Source: Candidatus Borrarchaeum weybense
GTDB taxonomy: Archaea > Asgardarchaeota > Sifarchaeia > Borrarchaeales > Borrarchaeaceae
DNA: 64,000 bases
Reading direction: 5' to 3'
Assembly: GCA_019057385.1 (NCBI GenBank)
Contig: JAHQJS010000005.1
Coordinates: 352,799 to 416,798 of the forward strand
Part shown: piece after piece, positions 58,450 through 64,000 of the stretch
Layout: each line of letters starts with the position of its first letter
How positions within the stretch are numbered: position 1 is the stretch's first letter
The notes under the pieces: model-generated
What the model was told of the DNA's origin: nothing
The model's database searches: none
What the model saw: only the letters and a program-made list of their open reading frames with translations
Made by a program: the position numbers and the translations under genes

Positions 58450-58702
58450 TTTCCTTCCTCGCACATTTTTAATTTTGATATTATAGTATTCATTCTACAA
58501 AAGGCTTTGTATAAAAATTTCAAAGGTATTATGCTGTTCTACTTCTAACTCTCCTTTTTATCAACGGTTGGTGTAAATAGATCCTCACTTAGATTTTTCA
58601 AAACACTTAACTTACAAGGGTTTTTAGTAAACCTGAAAAGTTATATAAAATCTGGAAGCCGTTTTACTCTAAGAAACCATTTATATCAAGAAAGGTGAGA
58701 AA

Positions 58703-59158
58703 TTGAGTTCAATTACTTGTCCTGAGTGCGGCTCCGCAAATACCCCTGATTCAGTATTTTGTGCGGCATGTGGCGCCTCATTAGCAACTGCAACCCCACC
58801 CCCGCCACCACCAGCAGAGACTACCTATCAGCCACCCCCGCCAACCGTTTCTCCTGTAGAACGACCAACTGGAGTTACAATTCTAGGAGTACTAGCTGTA
58901 ATTGCAGCTATTCTTCAGATAATTTCAGGTTTAATATTGGCGGCTTTAACTGACAATGGAGGCTTCATTGTACTTTTCTTGATCATTGGCATCTTTTATT
59001 TCATCACAGGTTGGGGACTTTTGAATTTGAAAAAATGGAGCTGGTATATTGCTCTGATCTTGTCGCTAATCGGTCTTATAGGCTTCCCTATAGGCACCAT
59101 CATAAGTATAATCGTGCTTTGGTACCTCTTCAAAACCAAAACCTATTTCGGCTTATAG
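58703..59158 (+). CDS. zinc-ribbon + polyproline + RPxGVT membrane domain protein
   Basis: CPECG...FCAACG, PPPPPP, ERPTGVTI. Confidence 0.8.
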   Translation: MSSITCPECGSANTPDSVFCAACGASLATATPPPPPPAETTYQPPPPTVSPVERPTGVTILGVLAVIAAILQIISGLILAALTDNGGFIVLFLIIGIFYFITGWGLLNLKKWSWYIALILSLIGLIGFPIGTIISIIVLWYLFKTKTYFGL

Positions 59159-59283
59159 CAGCATAAGATCTCTATCAGCATCCCCCTACTCTTTTTTTAT
59201 GGCTTAGCTTGAGAAACCATGTCCTTAATATACCCGCAAGCAGTAGTTATCTAATACTGGATTGATTTGGAGAGGGAAGGTCA

Positions 59284-59808
59284 ATGAGTACAATATATTG
59301 CCCACAATGTGGAGCTCCAAACACGATTGATAGTGCATTCTGTGCATCTTGTGGTGCTTCTCTTGCAATTTCAACAGAAACTACGCCTTCACCTACAACA
59401 ACAGCACCTCCACCTCCGCCACCGCCAACAACTGTAACTCCTCCTATACAAACAACATACGAACAACCGGAACTTTTACCCGATGGAGAGCCCTACTTAG
59501 TCAATAAAACTCCTAGATATCACAAACGTTGGGAGGAAAAACGATTTAATGAACTACTAGCTCTGTGGGAGGAAAAAGTTGCCGAAGCAGAGAAAAATGC
59601 AGTTAAAGGTACTGGTTTACCTCTAGCTTTGATCATCATCGGGATTATAGCGCTTGGAGGATTCGTTGGCATTATTATCCTAATAGCTGGTGTATGGATG
59701 TATTCTAAAAGAAACGATGCAAAGAAAAACCTAACAAAATATCGCGGAGTTCTCTTTTATCTGAGAGATTATGTCAGCAAGTATGGGAGCGCCAGCACAA
59801 ATCTCTAG
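59284..59808 (+). CDS. zinc-ribbon + polyproline + TM protein
   Basis: CPQCG...FCASCG, PPPPPPP, TM hairpin. Confidence 0.8.
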   Translation: MSTIYCPQCGAPNTIDSAFCASCGASLAISTETTPSPTTTAPPPPPPPTTVTPPIQTTYEQPELLPDGEPYLVNKTPRYHKRWEEKRFNELLALWEEKVAEAEKNAVKGTGLPLALIIIGIIALGGFVGIIILIAGVWMYSKRNDAKKNLTKYRGVLFYLRDYVSKYGSASTNL

Positions 59809-60134
59809 TATAATCAGCCTATGATGCCAAGAACCGGAATTCCATTCTTCCGGAGCTTATTTTTTTTTCTAGTTGTTTCTAACATGAAAAATCATACTTC
59901 ATTAGTTTATCAACCCAATAAAGTGTTTTACCAGGAATTTATGCTCTAGAAAAGAATTTTACTTTCGTTTAGGGGATCTGCGGAGGATTTTACTAGATGC
60001 TTTATAAGGTAGGCAAAGTTTTATGTACCCCGATGTCAGTAACAATATTAGTACCAATACGGTGGTACTAGACCAAATTCCTTCAAAAATTTATGAAGGA
60101 AGATTACAGAAATATTCCTAGAGGTATGTTCACT

Positions 60135-60605
60135 ATGAGTGAAACAACTTATTGTTCTAAATGCGGAGCGATGAACACAACTGATAGCAATTTTTGCAGT
60201 TCCTGTGGCGCTACGCTTGCCCCGCCAAAAGAAGTTATACCCCCACCCCCCGCAACAACTGCTCCACCTCCGCCACCCCCACCTCAAACGACATCAGCCC
60301 CACCGGCCTATCAAACTCAGATGACTGACGCCCAACTTATGACAGTTCGTAAAAACGAAGCTATAAGCGTTATTTTAACCCTCCTACTTCCAGGCTTAGG
60401 GCATTTATACGTAAATAAAATAAAGCGTGGTCTTGTCTTCATCGTTATAAGCATTATAATGTGGGTCATTGGAGCGACATTAATTCTAATTCCCATAACA
60501 CTCGTCTGGTACTTATATGGGATATACGATTGCTACCAATTGACCAAGAAACACAACGAAGCACTTTTCAGTCTACGACGACCCCCACAAGAAGATGAAT
60601 TCTAA
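60135..60605 (+). CDS. zinc-ribbon + polyproline + TM2-like domain protein
   Basis: CSKCG...FCSSCG, PPPPPPP, KN..ISVIL..LLPGLGHLY. Confidence 0.8.
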   Translation: MSETTYCSKCGAMNTTDSNFCSSCGATLAPPKEVIPPPPATTAPPPPPPPQTTSAPPAYQTQMTDAQLMTVRKNEAISVILTLLLPGLGHLYVNKIKRGLVFIVISIIMWVIGATLILIPITLVWYLYGIYDCYQLTKKHNEALFSLRRPPQEDEF

Positions 60606-60652
60606 GCCAGCTACGCTCCTATCGTTTTTTTTATCCAAAAAAATCCTTCTTT

Positions 60653-61537
60653 TCATGTCATGTCCCATTCTTTAATGAACTGGTTTAGGTGTTCTTCCCC
60701 ATAGAATTTGTTAATGTAGTCCGTTGCCGTTTTCCTCGCCTTTTTAAGTTCTTGATCTGTTTGTATAGTCCATATTGGAGTTCTGTGAGTTCTCTGATCC
60801 CTTAGCCAGTCAATATCTATGGTTTTATATACCACACCCTCATGGTTACCAATATGTGTTAAATCCATTATTATGTCGCCTATTTGAGGTCCGGCAATAT
60901 AGGTCCCTGGTTTGGTTTTACCGGCTTCACCACCAACGACGACATAATTACAGTTTTCCCTGGCCCTGATTCGTGCGAAAAGATCAGTTTCCAAGAAGTA
61001 GGGGATTGGCATACGGCTGGGCACATAAACAATTTCTGCTCCCATCTCTCCTAAAATTTTCATAAAATCGGGTAACCATAACTCTATGCATTGACCAAGA
61101 CCAATTTTACACATACCAGTATCATATACTTCAGGTTTATCTCCAAGTTTGAATTTATAGCCTTGAGATCTAACTACAGCAGGTTCCCATGAGCAATAAG
61201 GGTGCATTTTATTATAAATGGTTGCAATACCGCCGTCAGGCTTTATTAGAATAACAGAGTTATGTATTGTCTTTTCTTCTTTGTCTATATAGCGATTCAA
61301 GTTAATGCCGAGCCATACACCGTGCTCATTTGCAAAACTCGATACATTGTCGAGCACTTCGCAACTATCCAAATCACAGATGTAACTAAATCCTACAAAG
61401 TATTCTGGGAAAAAGATATAGTCACATTCAACTTTTATAGCATCTTTACACATGTCTAGTTGTTTTTTTAGCCTATCCATCGGTTTCATTTCATGTGGTA
61501 ATGAAGGCTGTAGAGCAGCAATTTTAATTTTACCCAT
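60653..61537 (-). CDS. carbon-nitrogen hydrolase (nitrilase superfamily)
   Basis: E-K-C triad: FFPEY, YNKMHP, QCIE. Confidence 0.88.
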   Translation of the reverse strand: MGKIKIAALQPSLPHEMKPMDRLKKQLDMCKDAIKVECDYIFFPEYFVGFSYICDLDSCEVLDNVSSFANEHGVWLGINLNRYIDKEEKTIHNSVILIKPDGGIATIYNKMHPYCSWEPAVVRSQGYKFKLGDKPEVYDTGMCKIGLGQCIELWLPDFMKILGEMGAEIVYVPSRMPIPYFLETDLFARIRARENCNYVVVGGEAGKTKPGTYIAGPQIGDIIMDLTHIGNHEGVVYKTIDIDWLRDQRTHRTPIWTIQTDQELKKARKTATDYINKFYGEEHLNQFIKEWDMT

Positions 61538-61615
61538 TAGAAATAACCTCGCTTTTTCTCAATTAAATTCTTTTATCCGTCAACCAATAACGTGTTTTAT
61601 GATGCAATGTCATCT

Positions 61616-62500
61616 TTATGAACTAAAAAGGCGTTCAAGGAGTTTTTTAGTTTTAATTCGGTGCGTATCAAGCCCTAATTCTTTTGGTTCGAGTCCCATA
61701 GCAAGCCCAAGAAGTTCCATGTAGTAAATCACTGGTATATTGTATTCTTCTTTCAGCTGTTTCTGAATCTGAAATTGTCCGACATCAAATTGGATGAAAC
61801 AGAAAGGACATACTGTTACAATACAATCTGCGCCAACTCTTTTCATCTCTATAAGTTTTTGTCTTGTCATTTGCAATGCAGAATCCATGTCTATGCTACG
61901 AATTCCTGTGCCACAACACTCCATTTTCTTCAAGTATGGAATGCTTGTCGCGCCTAAAGCTTCAACTAACACATCAAGTGATTGAGGTCTTTCTGGGTCG
62001 TCAAACGCCAAGATGGCACTCGGTCTAATAAGATGACAACCATAATGAACTGCAACCTTCAGATTTTGAAGAGGCTGTTTTACCATATCCTTAATTTTCT
62101 CGGGCCCAATCTCTTCAAAGAGGATTTCTACAATATGACGGACTTTTATGTCCCCTTTAAATTCTTTATTTATTTGAGAGAGGATAGCGTTTACTTCTTC
62201 TTTTAAGGTAGGATCATGCTTCAGTTCATGATTAGTTGTTTTTAGCGTTTCGAAACAACCATTACAGAGAGTTAGCATGTCGTAGCCCATTTCTTCTGCA
62301 ATGGCGATATTTCTTGCACCTAAAGAAAACCATGTCGTTTGGTCAAGCGATTGAATCCCGATAGGATCAGGGCAGCATCCCGCCCCGTTCAAAGGCAGTA
62401 AGTCTATGTTAAAGGCTGGTAGAACTTTCCTAACTGAGGCCTCAAAGTTCTGTAGACGTAAGGGGATCATGCAACCAAGAAAAAAGCCATAACTTGTCAT
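61616..62500 (-). CDS. hdrB: heterodisulfide reductase subunit B
   Basis: FLGC, GCCP, CNGC, HYGCH, CCG, CPFC..QFD. Confidence 0.92.
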   Translation of the reverse strand: MTSYGFFLGCMIPLRLQNFEASVRKVLPAFNIDLLPLNGAGCCPDPIGIQSLDQTTWFSLGARNIAIAEEMGYDMLTLCNGCFETLKTTNHELKHDPTLKEEVNAILSQINKEFKGDIKVRHIVEILFEEIGPEKIKDMVKQPLQNLKVAVHYGCHLIRPSAILAFDDPERPQSLDVLVEALGATSIPYLKKMECCGTGIRSIDMDSALQMTRQKLIEMKRVGADCIVTVCPFCFIQFDVGQFQIQKQLKEEYNIPVIYYMELLGLAMGLEPKELGLDTHRIKTKKLLERLFSS

Positions 62501-62994
62501 TGCGTCTCCTCCTGCTCTGCCTTTTGCTCTTTAAGAGTTGATCCATTAAATTCAAGTTTCTTGTCAATACCGGTTAGTTCCATTATTTTTTGAATTTCGT
62601 CAACGTTAACCGCTGGGAATTCTGGTAGTCCCAGTTTCTTTCGTCGTCTTTCTATGGGGGACGAATATGCAACTGTTGTGCCTGTCGTATAAATTTGCAT
62701 GGCTTCTTCTTTAAGCCCTATTGGAAATTTTCCGTTTGAAGTCGCGACATTCTTTAACTGAAACAACACCTCTGCAGGGTAGACTAATTCTGGACAACGT
62801 TCGACACAGGCATGGCAGGCGGTACACAGCCAGATTACATCATCTGCGACCATTTTATCTGTATTTCCAAGAAGCATGTAAGCGATTATTTTGCGAGGAT
62901 TAAATCTACCGGTAATTTTGGCAGAGGGGCATGCACCGGTACAGGTGCCGCATTGGTAGCAGCGCTTAATCAGTACTTCGAAATTTTCTGGCAT
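62497..62994 (-). CDS. hdrC: heterodisulfide reductase subunit C
   Basis: CYQCGTCTGACP and WLCTACHACVERCP. Confidence 0.92.
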   Translation of the reverse strand: MPENFEVLIKRCYQCGTCTGACPSAKITGRFNPRKIIAYMLLGNTDKMVADDVIWLCTACHACVERCPELVYPAEVLFQLKNVATSNGKFPIGLKEEAMQIYTTGTTVAYSSPIERRRKKLGLPEFPAVNVDEIQKIMELTGIDKKLEFNGSTLKEQKAEQEETQ

Positions 62995-63276
62995 TGCTTA
63001 TCTCTCCCTTACTGCAATTAATTTTCAAATTATTGACCGAAAGCTTACGTGATAATTCTTCAAATATCAGGAATCGAGAGTTTAAGTAAGCATAGTAAAC
63101 GATAATGAAGTTACAAGTAACGAAGGTTAATAAATATCTTATCCTTATAACAACGCTCAAAGAAAGGGAACTTCAGATTAAGACATCCTCAGAACGAAAT
63201 GTACTTTAATATTTTTATATTCTACAAGATTTATTGAGATCATATTATACATTCTCTTAACGACAGAGGGATACAT

Positions 63277-64000
63277 ATGGAAGTAATCAAATCAATAGAT
63301 GATATTGAAGTGAAAGGGAAAAGGGTTTTAGTTAGAGTTGACTTCAACTCCCCTATTGATCCAATGACAGGAAAAATTCAGGACGATACTCGAATCAGAC
63401 GTCACGCAAAAACTATTCAGAATTTAGTCGAACGTGGTGCAAAAGTTATTGTAATGGCGCATCAAGGTAGACCTGGAGACGCAGACTTTACAAGCCTTGA
63501 GCAACACGCTGAAGTACTTGGTAAAGTACTAGGGCGCCCTGTTCAATTTGTAAATAGTATTTTTGACGAAGCGGCAAGAGATAAAATTAGCGAATTAAAT
63601 GACGGGGATATCCTCGTCCTTGAGAACACTCGTTTTTATTCAGAAGAGGTTATTGAACGACCTGTTGAGGAACAAGCAAAGACCGAAATGGTACAAAAGT
63701 TAGCACCCTTACTTGATGCCTACGTTAATGATGCTTTCTCAGCTGCACACAGGTCACAACCTTCGCTTGTAGGTTTCATTCCAGTCTTGCCATCGGCGAT
63801 TGGATATGTTATGAAAGACGAGTTAGACGCGCTGATGAAAGTCGCAGGTAGTTCTGCACAAAAACCTTGTGTTTACGTGCTAGGTGGAGCAAAACCAGAA
63901 GATACACTAAAAGTGATTGAGTATGTATTAGAGCAAAATATTGCAGATTCAGTTTTAGCATCTGGTATAATGGGAAATCTTTTCTTGTTAGCAAAAGGTT
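63277..64000 (+). CDS. pgk: phosphoglycerate kinase (partial, runs off window)
   Basis: KGKRVLVRVDFNSP, AHQGRPG, LENTRF, NDAFSAAHR, LGGAK. Confidence 0.95.
   Translation, partial: MEVIKSIDDIEVKGKRVLVRVDFNSPIDPMTGKIQDDTRIRRHAKTIQNLVERGAKVIVMAHQGRPGDADFTSLEQHAEVLGKVLGRPVQFVNSIFDEAARDKISELNDGDILVLENTRFYSEEVIERPVEEQAKTEMVQKLAPLLDAYVNDAFSAAHRSQPSLVGFIPVLPSAIGYVMKDELDALMKVAGSSAQKPCVYVLGGAKPEDTLKVIEYVLEQNIADSVLASGIMGNLFLLAKG

Overview
AT-rich archaeal chromosomal window. BHB-type tRNA introns, hdrBC, an Mtd enzyme and core-MetE genes point to an archaeon; an Asgard or TACK lineage is an inference. Housekeeping and metabolic genes include a MoxR/VWA pair, two metE-like genes, Re-citrate synthase-like + icd, gdhA, nth, tatD, hemL-like, argGH, hdrBC and a partial pgk. 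Among them lie 16 paralogous small V4R/ATC-hydrolase-like Cys proteins in several clusters. The most striking unexplained signal is a conserved non-coding 5' leader: a hairpin GCGCC-[G/A]AGGAGG-GGCGC followed by an ..ACCCA..TAAGG..GGAGG..ATG tail. It occurs 9 times (one degenerate), before 7 of the paralogs and 2 unrelated genes. At two loci it extends into a ~200-nt homologous leader with a TTGTCATATGACAA operator and a multi-stem structure with compensatory base changes, making it a candidate new archaeal cis-regulatory RNA/regulon. The window also holds tRNA-iMet with a T-loop intron and tRNA-Ile with three non-canonical introns. Mobile DNA comprises an orphan HEARO/omega-RNA element, an IS605-type MITE splitting a gene end, three ~41-47 bp collapsed IS200/IS605 palindromes, and a TnpB-like gene bracketed by 13-bp direct repeats. 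All family assignments come from motif recognition by eye; no searches were run.
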